Shown: positions 11,991 to 25,149 of the stretch, one piece after another
Position numbering within the stretch: the stretch's first letter is position 1
Layout: every line of letters starts with the position of its first letter
Origin: Octopus bimaculoides
Taxonomy: Eukaryota
Length of the DNA stretch: 48,469 bases
Assembly: GCF_001194135.2 (NCBI RefSeq)
Contig: NC_068991.1
Location: 11,997,884 to 12,046,352 of the forward strand
Reading direction: 5' to 3'
Made by a program: the position numbers and the translations under genes
The notes under the pieces: generated by a model
What the model saw: the letters and a program-made list of their open reading frames with translations, nothing else
The model's database searches: none
What the model was told of the DNA's origin: nothing

Positions 11991-12578
11991 NNNNNNNNNN
12001 NNNNNNNNNNNNNNNNNNNNNNNNNNNNNNNNNNNNNNNNNNNNNNNNNNNNNNNNNNNNNNNNNNNNNNNNNNNNNNNNNNNNNNNNNNNNNNNNNNNN
12101 NNNNNNNNNNNNNNNNNNNNNNNNNNNNNNNNNNNNNNNNNNNNNNNNNNNNNNNNNNNNNNNNNNNNNNNNNNNNNNNNNNNNNNNNNNNNNNNNNNNN
12201 NNNNNNNNNNNNNNNNNNNNNNNNNNNNNNNNNNNNNNNNNNNNNNNNNNNNNNNNNNNNNNNNNNNNNNNNNNNNNNNNNNNNNNNNNNNNNNNNNNNN
12301 NNNNNNNNNNNNNNNNNNNNNNNNNNNNNNNNNNNNNNNNNNNNNNNNNNNNNNNNNNNNNNNNNNNNNNNNNNNNNNNNNNNNNNNNNNNNNNNNNNNN
12401 NNNNNNNNNNNNNNNNNNNNNNNNNNNNNNNNNNNNNNNNNNNNNNNNNNNNNNNNNNNNNNNNNNNNNNNNNNNNNNNNNNNNNNNNNNNNNNNNTATA
12501 TATATATATATATATATCACGGCGGTGCGTCAGCATGGCCGCAGCTGTAAGCTGAAACTATATAAAAATATATATATG

Positions 12579-12616
<38 letters not shown>

Positions 12617-13745
12617 AACATATGTACATATATATATAGAGAGAGGCAGACAGACATACAGACAGACAGACAGAGAAATACAGACAGAGAGCGAGAGAGA
12701 AAGAGAAGGTTAGATAGATACATACATACATACATACATACATACGTACATACATACATAAATACATACATACATACATACGCACTTACGTACATATATA
12801 TATATATGTATTTATGTATGTGTATATATATATGTGTGTGCGTGTGCGTGTGTGTGTATGTGTTTATGTGTCTGTATGGGTATATATATGTATATGTATA
12901 TATGTATGCATCTATGTATATATATATATATATACACATACATACATGTGTGCGTGCGTATGTATGGATTTATATATGCACAAATTCATAGAAGTGAATC
13001 CTGGGGGTTACCATTTGAGAGGAACATGGGAGAAAGCACTTAGAATAAAGTATTGAAAGAAAGTTTTGATAAGTATTGATGTTGAATGTATACAGCTTTG
13101 TTGTATGTACGTATCTGCGTTTCTCGGTGAAAACATGCATACATCAGAATGTACGGATGTATACGTAACTCTGTGTGTGTATGTGTATGTGTATGTGTGT
13201 TTGTGTGTGTGTACCAACAGATCGATGATTATCACGTGAATCCAACGTAGCAAGATGACTGGTTGAAGCCGGAAGCCTTGTTGACATTTGACACTTAATT
13301 ATAATTGAATATGTTATACGGTAAAAATGAAATAAAGTATGATTCTTTTTCGGGAGGGCATTTGACCCCCCACCCCCCACCCCCTCCCACATCCCTTTCA
13401 ACTGCCTCCACCTACCTGTAAAGAACTCTATTAATTTAATAAACTCATAGAGTAAGATGATTCTGCTCCTTAAATTGTGTGTCAAAATGAAAACCTATGC
13501 AAGTTGAAATCTGCATGCGCAGATATATTCATGNNNNNNNNNNNNNNNNNNNNNNNNNNNNNNNNNNNNNNNNNNNNNNNNNNNNNNNNNNNNNNNNNNN
13601 NNNNNNNNNNNNNNNNNNNNNNNNNNNNNNNNNNNNNNNNNNNNNNNNNNNNNNNNNNNNNNNNNNNNNNNNNNNNNNNNNNNNNNNNNNNNNNNNNNNN
13701 NNNNNNNNNNNNNNNNNNNNNNNNNNNNNNNNNNNNNNNNNNNNN

Positions 13746-13789
<44 letters not shown>

Positions 13790-14557
13790 GTACTTATATA
13801 CTATGTATATTATATACATAAATATATATATATATGTATGTGCATATATACATACATGCATATTTGCATATGTACACACATACACACATATATATATGTA
13901 CGTATGTATATATATACGTGTCTCTTATAAGATGGACAAAAATACCTTAGCACCAAAACCTCAATAGAGAATCGAGCCTCTTGGCTCCAATCCATTTTAA
14001 CGAACATCATAAATTATCTACAATCTCAAAGCATTTCTCAGTAATCATGTGATGCCCAGAAACATTTTTTGCTCTTGGTTTACCGTTCTTTAAAGTCATT
14101 CTAGAAATTCTATTATTGTAACTGTAATGTAATTTATGAAGCATTTCCACAGAGACTAAAATGCCCCCATTACCACCGCGTCTATCTTCATGACCAACGA
14201 TCACCGTTATGCAGCCTGCTTCCTTTTGCAATCTAAGACTTGGTGACGTATTGGCTTTGTTGTGGAATAATTAAATTTTTAGTTCTATAGAGTACTTAGA
14301 TTCTTGCTCCGAGAATAAACTGCCGTCGTACCAACTGTTGGACAGATAAGAATGAATACGTACAAATATGTAGAAGTGATAGGCGAAGAAAAGCGGCAGG
14401 CATACAGGCAGACATGTTGAAGAAAGGAAACAGACGCCACATAATATCCAAAAATATGCACCCAAATATTGTCAGGCAAGCATCAACTAAAGAGGATGCC
14501 GTATAAGATTGTATGGAGAGAACATAAGAACTCTCAAGTATATATATAATATATTAG

Positions 14558-14783
14558 GGCGGCGAGCTGGCAGAATCGTTAGCTTGCCGGGCGAAATGCT
14601 TACCTGTATTTCGTCTGGCATTACGTTCTGAGTTCAAATTCCACCGAGGTCGACTTTTCCTTTCATCCCTTCGGGGTCGATTAAATAAGTACTAATTTCG
14701 CAGTGGAGTCGATGTAATCGGCTTAATCCCTTTGTCTGTCCTTGTTTGTCTCCTCTATGTTTAGCCTCCTGTGGGCAATAAAG

Positions 14784-14787
<4 letters not shown>
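14558..14787 (+). mobile_element. tRNA-derived SINE family C, apparently full length
   Basis: GGCGGCGAGCTGGCAGAATCGTTAGC (A-box-like TGGCAGAATCG) ... GAGTTCAAATTCC (B-box-like) ... body ... GGGCAATAAAGAA tail; flanked by (TA)n. Confidence 0.8.
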
Positions 14788-14822
<35 letters not shown>

Positions 14823-16528
14823 TAGGGTAAAAATTAATAATTAATTGATGATTAGTAATTATACCAAGTAGTTCGGTGTGTTAAAAACCATTATCGGTCA
14901 ATATATAAACACAATTTAAAATTTAGCGATGTTTAACATCTGATAGCCTGGTCGCTCACGTAATCATGTGATGAGTCTATGAAACAAGTACAGGAATAAA
15001 AGAAAGAATAGTATTTAATGAACTCGAAGTTACTGGTTGTTAGAGATGTAAGCCTTAAAGGGTAAAATTAAGCTCTATCACATCATGTAAGTCTTTAGTT
15101 AAGCTTATAAACGATATTACTAGACTTGCTAGTGGCAATGTTGCTATTATTCCATTCTTTAGTCTTTGTGGTTTACCCAGTCTTATTTTTAAATAGTTTT
15201 GAAATGTTCTAAAACTGACTCCTGAATTTGCTATAGCATCGAATCAAGACAAAATTTCGTGAGTGAAATTGGATAGACAAATAATGTGTGAAAGATCGCG
15301 TGATGAATTGTACGTGTAATTGATTGGTTGTTCAGCCTAGACATATACTGTCATGCTGATTCTGTTAAAGAATTAATGATTCTCATTTCTGTGGAATATT
15401 CAACCAACTAAGCACAAATCAAAATAACAGCTTGTGCATTTGATCCCCATACTGATTACTTACCATCATCAAAACAATATCATTGTGGTCCTTAAGTGTA
15501 AAGTACGCTCGACTTTTATCTAAGACGTTACGTCTTCTTTCAGATATTATGGCTTTGGAATGCCATGTCCGGCTATCTACTTCTATTCCTAATACATATT
15601 TTGTTCTCCTCTCTCGTGTTTCCTGTCTGGCAATAATGATTATGTAATGTAAGTATTCTGTATGGGTACGCTGAGTAAATTTCCGTCTAAGCGTCTATCT
15701 CCAGAGTAGACAGATTTATCTGTCTAGGAAAATGATCTCCATCTTACTCACATTATAATCTGACTAACACGATTCTCGTATTATTTTACTGGTTTCAGTC
15801 ACTGGACTAGAGCCATGCTGGGGCATCGCCTTCAAGAGATTTTATCGATCATAGTGGCTCCACTGCTTGATATACATATTTTATTGATCGTGTAAGATAC
15901 GATAAGTAAAGGTGACATTGATGTTAAACAGAAAATATTTGCGTCAGATATAAATATGGTACGGTTTTACTATCCGAATGCACCGGATTTTTTCACCCGG
16001 CGCTTACTTAAATACACAATATATAGCCATACATATATGCTTATATGCTTACATGCATACATACATACTTCAATGCATGCATATATACATGCATGTATAT
16101 ATCCATGTGTGAGTGTGTATGATAAAACATGATTTTTATTCTCCTCTAAATTCTTTATCAAATTTGTTTTCCTAATTCATAGATCATTTTACATTGCTTG
16201 AGGCAGTAAATTGTCAAAATATCAGCAACGTTTGTAGACTTTCAAATTCTCATCATTTGGAGGAAGAGAAGTTCACATATGTTGTTGAGAGCACCAATGT
16301 GACTAATAAATCTTGATCGTTGTAAACATCACAACCCTGACTCTTTCATTGAGGTCCTGCAATCTTATTATGCACTAATGACAAGTAGTAATTGCAAAAG
16401 AGGAAAAGAGAAAAAAAAAGGGGAACAAATAAAAATATTCGTGAATTTTACGTCTATCCATTACAGAATTCCTTATCAACCCCGAATAAAGAAATAAACT
16501 TTTAATGGCGGAAGCAATATTTACAACA

Positions 16529-16598
16529 CATGGCTGTGTGGTAAGAAGCTTCCCAACCACATCGTTCCGTGTTCAGTCCCACTGCGTGGCACCTTCGA
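16529..16598 (+). mobile_element. SINE family A tRNA head, 3'-truncated
   Basis: TGGCTGTGTGGTAAGAAGCTT...GTTCAGTCCCACTGCGTGGCACCTT matches the reverse complement of 21800-21870. Confidence 0.8.
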
Positions 16599-16605
16599 GA
16601 AGATG

Positions 16606-16740
16606 AAAGACGAGTGGACTGGAGCAACGTCAAATAAACTGTTTTGCTCAAGGACACAACACATCACCCGCTCCAGGAATCGAAACCACACTCTTACGGT
16701 CATGAGTCAAACACCCTAACCACTGAGCCACGCACCTCCA
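16606..16740 (-). mobile_element. SINE family D head and core
   Basis: Aligns to 28510-28640 (GTGGACTGGAGCAACGT...TTGCTCAAGGA...CCAGGAATCGAAACCAC...GCCACGCACCTCC). Confidence 0.8.
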
Positions 16741-17077
16741 CTATTGATCTTGATGCTAAATGTTGTTTTGTTGTTGTCGCTGATGTTGATGTTGTAATTA
16801 ATGTTGTGGCTATTGATGTTATATCTAGTCGTTGCTTTTCTTGATGCTGTTTTTTCTCCAGGTCAAATCTGACAGATCAGATCCATGATTAAAGATACTC
16901 TAACCATGACCATCACCTCTAATTAGGTGTATGTAGGACTACATTACCTCCCCCCCGCCCCGCCGCACTAAAAATCGAAATAAACTTGAGCTGGTTGGGG
17001 GTCATTGGCATCATTAACTCAAAACGATTTTCATATAAGCTAAATATATATATATGTGCATATTTGTGCGCGTATAT

Positions 17078-17133
<56 letters not shown>

Positions 17134-17669
17134 TTCAATATTTGTTTCTAGATTTATGTGTGATATAACAGACTTTAGGTTAAAGGTGGTGGAAACTAAA
17201 GTCAATCCTGGTGAGATTTGAAAACAATACATTAAGGGGCGTAACGAAATAACAGAAATATTTTTTCAAGCGCTCTACCGATATTTCGTCCTCTTACGTT
17301 CAGTAAATAATGCCACTTGTACGGTACACGTTAACTGCAAGGCGCCTGCATAATATATATGTGTGTATGTGTGTGTATGTCTGTGCATATGTGTGCGAGG
17401 GAGGGCGGGATAGTATATATTTTATTCCCAAGTTGCCTAATATTTATTTTACCGGTTTTTAGATGAAAATTTGTGCGAGTTGGACTCAGAATGTAGAATG
17501 TAGTAATTAAATACTGCCGACTCCTTAGTCCAACATTCTACCGATTCTGCTTGTTAGCTGCCACTTAAACAATGTTATATATTAATTGCTTTATTATTTC
17601 GGCATTGTTCCGTTTGCGTCGAATAGATTTCAAATTGTAGCACACACACACACACAAACTTCCCTTCTC

Positions 17670-17920
17670 GTTATTGACAAAAGATCATGAAACCGAAACA
17701 TCGCACATCCTCCTTTTCTCACTGTAAGTGCTTTTATTTTAACATCGACACGTCCTTTATCATTTATTTATTGTTGATAGCTAATAAGATTGCGACATGC
17801 CCAGAAAACGCACCTCTCTATTTTTGACAAAGCACATTCAGTTCGAAACGTTGGACTTTTCCTTTCCTCACTGTAACTATACCTGTTTTAATAACGACAC
17901 TTCCTTCATGCTTCTTTACT
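17670..17920 (+). repeat. Two diverged tandem ~150-bp units, each with a hammerhead-like relic
   Basis: TTGACAA...CGAAAC...CCTT(T)...CTCACTGTAA...TTTTAA...CGACAC repeated, with GAAAC at 17695 and 17845. Confidence 0.55.
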
Positions 17921-18164
17921 GATAGCATATAACCAGAGCAAGTGCCTCTGATTCTGGGCAATACCTTCGAAACCATCTACTAAACACACCCAGTAATTTA
18001 TAAGTGGATTTATTTATTCTGTCAATATAAAAATGCACGATGATAAGAATGTGTAGCACAGATTCATGTCTAGTTTTCATTTTTTTGAATTAATCAATAC
18101 ATACAGCTTAATTTGTGAAACAGTATCTTAAAATATACTAAAAATATATGCATAAATTAAGACC

Positions 18165-18215
<51 letters not shown>

Positions 18216-18769
18216 CCTTTCTAATAAATGCGCAAGGCCTGAAATTTTGTGGGAGGGAACTATATATATATATATATATAAACGCAGAATGCATATCTTC
18301 CTCGATCATTGAGATTTATTACCCCAACTAACTACCATCAATGCGTTATTAGAGCAAATTAGATTTTCCGATGTCGTGAGACCCCTAATTCCAATGTATA
18401 TAAATAAACCGAGTAGTGCCCAGTTTTCGATGAACCCTGCATTAGAACTCAAAGTAGTTTCATTGATTGTACTTTTTTATTCTAGAAAAAGATAATTAAT
18501 ACAGATNNNNNNNNNNTATATATATATATATATATAATTAGCCGATATAATTAGATGATTTGCTATGCTGATTAAATTTGCTGTGTTGGTTAAATGAATT
18601 GATTGCCTAGTGTGTGTCCTAAAAAACATGGTGAATAGACCTGGGTATATGGCATTTGCTGTGTTGGCTAAAACTAGATTTAGACAAGAGTACATCAGTG
18701 AAACGACGTAATCTGAGGCGTCGTAAAGACTACTGCCAATGTTATTGTAGTTATTGCTTGTGATGAGGA

Positions 18770-19001
18770 TCGGGATGGTTATGTTGATGAGGAGGAGGAG
18801 GACGACGGCGACGACGAGAAGGAAAATGACGATGATAGTGCGGATGATGAAGGTGGTGGTGGTGGTGGTGGTGGGGTATTGCTGATGATGTTGACGATGA
18901 TGTTGACGATGATGTTACTTGTGATAATGATGGTTATGATGTTGATGGTGACGGTAGTGGTGGAGGTCGCGATTGTCGCGCTGCGAAGTCGACGATGATA
19001 G

Positions 19002-19062
<61 letters not shown>

Positions 19063-19194
19063 GGTGGTGGTGGTGGTTGTGGATTGGTGGTGCTGGAGGT
19101 GGTGGTGGAAGTAGTCATCGTCATCGTCGTTGTCTTCATCATCGTTATCGTAGGGGTCGTGGTGCACCAGATGATGATGATGATGATGATGATG

Positions 19195-19245
<51 letters not shown>

Positions 19246-19251
19246 AATAGA

Positions 19252-19283
<32 letters not shown>

Positions 19284-19291
19284 TAAAGAGA

Positions 19292-19345
<54 letters not shown>

Positions 19346-19359
19346 GAGGAAGAAAGAGA

Positions 19360-19396
<37 letters not shown>

Positions 19397-19403
19397 GAAG
19401 AAA

Positions 19404-19441
<38 letters not shown>

Positions 19442-19930
19442 AATAGAGGAAGAAAGAAAGAAATAGAGGAAGAAAGAAAGAAAGAAAGAAAGAAAGANNN
19501 NNNNNNNNNNNNNNNNNNNNNNNNNNNNNNNNNNNNNNNNNNNNNNNNNNNNNNNNNNNNNNNNNNNNNNNNNNNNNNNNNNNNNNNNNNNNNNNNNNNN
19601 NNNNNNNNNNNNNNNNNNNNNNNNNNNNNNNNNNNNNNNNNNNNNNNNNNNNNNNNNNNNNNNNNNNNNNNNNNNNNNNNNNNNNNNNNNNNNNNNNNNN
19701 NNNNNNNNNNNNNNNNNNNNNNNNNNNNNNNNNNNNNNNNNNNNNNNNNNNNNNNNNNNNNNNNNNNNNNNNNNNNNNNNNNNNNNNNNNNNNNNNNNNN
19801 NNNNNNNNNNNNNNNNNNNNNNNNNNNNNNNNNNNNNGGTGGTTGTGGTGGTGGTGGTGGTGGTTGTGTTGGTGGTGGTGGTGGTGGTGATGGTGATGGT
19901 GGTATTGATGATGTTTATAGTGTTAGTGGT
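18770..19930. repeat. Compound microsatellite field: (GAT/GAC/GGT)n, (GAAA)n, gap, (GGT)n
   Basis: Direct reading. Confidence 0.95.
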
Positions 19931-20144
19931 GGTGGTGCTCCTAGAGGTATATGAAAGAGTCCCGAGCAAAATAGGAAGTGAAATCTTATAAGAATAACCG
20001 TACACCATATATACACACATTCATAATATACATACATACATACATTCATACATACATACATACATATATTGGGACACAATTAACTACACGCACATGCACA
20101 CACACACACACAAACACACATATACGCACACGCACACACGCACA

Positions 20145-20185
<41 letters not shown>

Positions 20186-21338
20186 ACACCGACAGATAGA
20201 AGCAAAAATGCTAAACACATCACTGTATATTGCATACATACACATAGATAAACACACGCACACACACATACACACACACATATACACATAGGCACAGACA
20301 CACAGTCAAATGCTTTCAAAGGGACGTACCCATACACACGCACACATATCCGCTGACACGCTAAGACACACACACACACACACACACTACACACAGATAG
20401 AAACTAAAATGCTAAACACACATACACATAGGTATACAGATCTGTGTATATTGTATGCATACACATGCGTGCATATACATTCGTGCATACACATATTTCA
20501 ACACGCACACACAGACACACTCATACACACACAGACACACTCATACACACACAGACACACAAACAGTCAAACGCTTTTACAGGGACATATACATACACAT
20601 GCACACATATCCACTGACACGCTAATACACACACACACACACACACACACACAAGCACACACACACACATACACACACACACGCATACACACACACACAC
20701 ACNNNNNNNNNNATATATATATACACACACACGCATACACACACACACACACACACACACACAGATCCACTGACACACTGACATACACATACACACTCGC
20801 ACTTATATATATATACACACACGCACACATACATAATAAATAAATAAAAAAACACTACTGGAATGGTGCCAACAATAATAAAACAAAATAAAGGTTAGAG
20901 TGACAACAACAACAGCCACAACAACAAGAACAACAACGAAAACTACAACAACAACATCGCTTTCAAGGAACAATCCTTATGAACCAGAAAAAGATCGTCC
21001 TATTTAGAAAAGCGGCAGAGGGAGTAAGTTATATAAAGGCAATGGAGGAGAGGTGGTATGAGGTACAGCTGTAGTGGGGGGAAAAGTGATCATAGAGTCG
21101 GGGTGAGGTTGGGGGTAAAGAGATTGTTGAGGAATTAGGGGGGAAGGAAATACGAGGCGTCATAACAAGAGGGACCTTGAACTTTACCTATCCCAGCTGG
21201 AAGTGGGGTGGAAAAGGGAAGTGCGCCTGTACCTAGACACATCTGTAGATGCATAAGGTACGTATGGGATACGCGTATACGTATATAGGGAGATATATGC
21301 GAATGAGTGTGTGCGTGCGATTGGGTTAGAAACGTACA

Positions 21339-21381
<43 letters not shown>

Positions 21382-21483
21382 AGCAGGTTAACACATATAT
21401 CTGTGAGCGTACAATGTATATGTGTGTGTGTGTGCATATATATATACATACACACACACACATATATATATATATGTATATAT

Positions 21484-21873
21484 ATTCTTTTATTCTTTTA
21501 TTTTTTTACTTGTTTCAGTCATTTGACTGCGGCCATGCTAGAGCGCCGCCTTTAGTCGAGCATAAGCCTAATACTTATTCTATCGTCATCTTTTTGCCGA
21601 ACCGCTAGCGTTCGGGGAGATGCAAACACACCAACATCGGTTGTCAAGCAATGTTGAGCGGACAAACACAGACACATAAACATACACACACACACACACA
21701 CATATTCATATGTATATGACGGGCTTCTTTCAGTTTCCATCTACCAAATCCACTCACAAGGCTGTAGTCAGCCTGAGGGTATAATAGAAGACACTTGCCC
21801 AAGGTGCCACAGTGGGACGGAATCCAGGACCATGTGGTTGGTAAGCAAGCTACTTACCACACAGCCACTCCTG
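21484..21873 (-). mobile_element. SINE family A, near full length: tRNA head, central (CA/TA)n microsatellite, LINE-type tail
   Basis: Minus strand CAGGAGTGGCTGTGTGGTAAGTAGCTTGC (A-box-like) ... GGATTCCGTCCC (decayed B box) ... GGCACCTTGGGCAAGTG ... (TG)n ... CAGCATGGCCGCAGTCAAATGACTGAAACAAGTAAAA; several other copies in the window. Confidence 0.9.
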
Positions 21874-22302
21874 AGTTTATACAAAAAGATAGATAAGGCA
21901 GGTTTTAATTACAAATTGCAGCATTTGTTTCTGTGTTGTGGCAACAGTTTGAAGTTGCTGAGTTGTTATTCTCATACCATTACATAAAATTATTTTATGA
22001 ATAATTACATAAAGAAATGTGATTCAGCAACAACTCATTGTTTTCCAGCTCAGGATATGATCTTGCCGATAACGACAAAGGATCTTTTCAATGCACCTTA
22101 TGAGGTTATTACCCAGATAATTTTGCATGTATATATATATATCCATAAATACACTTCTGGTTTAATTTTATTGGCTACATTTCTAGAATCACTAACAACT
22201 TGGGAGACGTTTCATCTAGAGATAAGTAAACTATTTCCCGAATCTTCATCTTTGGAACAAGATTTGAATGTGCGTGTGGCAGTCTATGTTCACCAGTGAG
22301 TA

Positions 22303-22360
<58 letters not shown>

Positions 22361-23142
22361 TGTGTGTGAGAGATAGAAATTAAATATTATGTAGACAACA
22401 TATAAAATGCTCAAGACAAAATAACAGCATGGAAATTATTTCCACTTTCCCAATGTAATTTCTGCTCATTTCCCACGTCAGAGTGCCAAGAAATGATGTT
22501 GAGGACAGAACGGCAAAAAGTGTAGGAAAATATCGGCCTATTTTGGTTGTAGGTCTGCTGATGTAATGAAAAAGTCAGCGCAAAATGTGCTAAGAGAATC
22601 AGTACACAAGGACTATAGCGACAAAGAATGTGAAACAGTGACTGTCTTGTCAACAGGAAGAAAAAAAGAAAGACCTGGGGCGATTGCGCAAAGTGCAACG
22701 CTAAGAGAAAATAGAAAAATATATGTGTGGGTATGCGCATGTGTATGGTTATTCATATAAATATACACAAACACACACACATGCACATATATATATATAT
22801 ATTCATATATATATATAGACACATATATATGTGTATATATATATANNNNNNNNNNNNNNNNNNNNNNNNNNNNNNNNNNNNNNNNNNNNNNNNNNNNNNN
22901 NNNNNNNNNNNNNNNNNNNNNNNNNNNNNNNNNNNNNNNNNNNNNNNNNNNNNNNNNNNNNNNNNNNNNNNNNNNNNNNNNNNNNNNNNNNNNNNNNNNN
23001 NNNNNNNNNNNNNNNNNNNNNNNNNNNNNNNNNNNNNNNNNNNNNNNNNNNNNNNNNNNNNNNNNNNNNNNNNNNNNNNNNNNNNNNNNNNNNNNNNNNN
23101 NNNNNNNNNNNNNNNNNNNNNNNNNNNNNNNNNNNNNNNNNN

Positions 23143-23184
<42 letters not shown>

Positions 23185-23189
23185 TGTAT

Positions 23190-23360
23190 ACTTAACCACA
23201 TGTGAGTCGTTGGCGATTTTCTTCCTCCTTCTTCCCTTCTATCGGACTTTCCTGTTTTCGAAGAAGAGCATCTGCTCAAAACGTTAAACCATCTTTCTTT
23301 CCTTCCCTGGGCGTCTCCTAATACATTACATGTACCACGTCCTCGCGTTGTTTTTTGTAT
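23190..23360 (+). mobile_element. Penelope/retrozyme-like repeat fragment with hammerhead relic at 23253-23290
   Basis: GTTTTC-GAAGA-A-GAGC ATCT GCTC-AAAAC-GTT^AAAC: perfect stem II, stem I GTTT/AAAC, core mutated. Confidence 0.5.
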
Positions 23361-23491
23361 TTGTTCTTTTTCGGATTTACTATACATACATACATACATA
23401 CATATGCACATATAAACACATATACAATTACATGCTTTTATAAACAGCATACATACATACTGCATACGTACATACACACATATACGTATGC

Positions 23492-23538
<47 letters not shown>

Positions 23539-24469
23539 TGTGTGTTCCCCTATATGTATGTATATGTATATAATTATGTAATAAGTGTGTACGTATATTT
23601 ATATATGTGTGTGGTGCGTGTGTGTATGAGTGGTTGGGAATGCGTATGCCTTTCTCTCAACTTTTTAGGGGCTGTTTTAAACCCCTCGAGTTCACATGCC
23701 ATCTATTAAACCACCAATTTTCATTGTGTCCTTGACCTCGTCGTTAAATATCGGCATTTGGAGGTAGTGATTTTTGTCCCCAACACTAGATCTAGGACCA
23801 CCACTACCACCACGACCACCACAAATCCAATCTACACAACCATCATCACCAGTACCTCTCCTATCCACCCTAATTACTCTTACAATCATCACTACTAACA
23901 TAACCACCACCACCACCACCACCACCACCACCACAATGACATCTATCAGCACCACCATTATCTTCGTTAATTCCTCATTACCAAAACATTTTAACTTTTA
24001 TTCTTACCCACCACCACCACCACCACTACCACTACCCGTCTCCACATTGAACTTACCTCTGTTCCAGATTTATTTACTTCGGTTCCTGCACTTCCAGCTC
24101 ATCATGTCCACACCTATCCATCTTCGCAACTACCTCTACTCACGTCAGCAGGCTTTCTTTTCTGCAACAACGACCGCACCTACTCCTCCCCCTCCGTTTA
24201 CCTATTCGGATCCTGCACCCTCTAACAGTACCCCGCTTCTCTTCGCACCTCCGGCACATTATCGCATTATCTCTGTTCTTATCCTTGAAAATTAGCTCTA
24301 CTTGTGTTCACTTGTGTCTCGCCTGCTTTTATCACATTCACCTCTACCCACAATTACATTCGTTCTCTAAATCACTTCCACAGCACGGGGTACCTAGCCT
24401 TTGCACAGACGCTCGAGCTGCGAGAAATAACAGTCAAATTTTACTCGAATCCTTCATCATATGAAAAGA

Positions 24470-24950
24470 AGACATATCAGATGACGAAATTCTATGTACA
24501 CTTAAAAAAGTGGGATGGTCACTTTTCATCAGAGACGTTAAACAAGAAATATCACAACATAAGCAATTATTATTACTACCACTACAAACGAGAGAAGCCA
24601 TTAAGCTTGCAAGAAATAGCAGCCGAAAAAAAAAAACAAAAAAAACTGTAACCTTTGAGACGCTTGCAAAGATAGCGTGGACAAATAGCAGCGTCACCAA
24701 GACAAAGTGAAACGCTTCCAAGGCATGCATACTAACGGCTGCATTGTACGGTTTTAAAAACTGGGCAGTACAAAGTAGTGGCCTCAAGGTGCTCCGGCGC
24801 ATTCCTCACGAATGTTTGGAAAACACATTCAATATCAAGCGGCGAAGCAAAGCACTCGACATGATGCACAAGCATCCTTATAAATGCAGGATGCACATGC
24901 ATCTCAGATGCGTTGGGCAGGCCATGCATAGCGTATGAAAGACATGCTTA
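24470..24950 (+). pseudogene. RTE/BovB-like LINE reverse transcriptase C-terminal relic (stops and frameshifts)
   Basis: LAKIAWTNSSVTKTK*NASKACILTAALYGFKNWAVQSSGLKVLRRIPHECLENTFNIKRR...QMRWAGHA*RMKD matches the RTE pattern LxxxVWxNxxLxxxTKxxVYxAxVLxxLLYGxETW...FHxxCLRxILxI...QLRWAGHVxRM. Confidence 0.85.
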
Positions 24951-25149
24951 TATACATTTCTTCATATATATATATTGCATACATACATTTGTTCGTATAT
25001 ATATAAAGTTTTTTTCCTCTAGTTTCAGCTCAGAGCTTCGGCCATGCTGGTGCACCGCCGTTTTGCTACACTGTTATTACTGGCATATATACATACAATT
25101 GTTCGTATATATTTGCATATGTGCATACAATAGTTCGTATATATTTGCA

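Noticed and set aside
14290-14510. Exon in unique-looking sequence after TTTTTAGTTCTATAG
   Set aside because: All frames hit stops within ~20-30 codons and no family is recognisable.
14965-14995. HHR-like TGATGAGTCTATGAAACAAGTACAGG
   Set aside because: No C3, no pairable stem II and no stem I partner; too degenerate to call.
18665-18720. HHR-like AGATT...GAAACGACGTAATCT
   Set aside because: Stem I and GAAAC..GUA are present but the core has three or more mismatches and stem II does not form.
18973-19446. Poly-Asp/Gly/Met/KKER ORF, and all YI/HT/CV-type ORFs in the track
   Set aside because: Translations of GAT, GGT, GAAA, TA, CA and TG microsatellites or N gaps; no splice or domain support.
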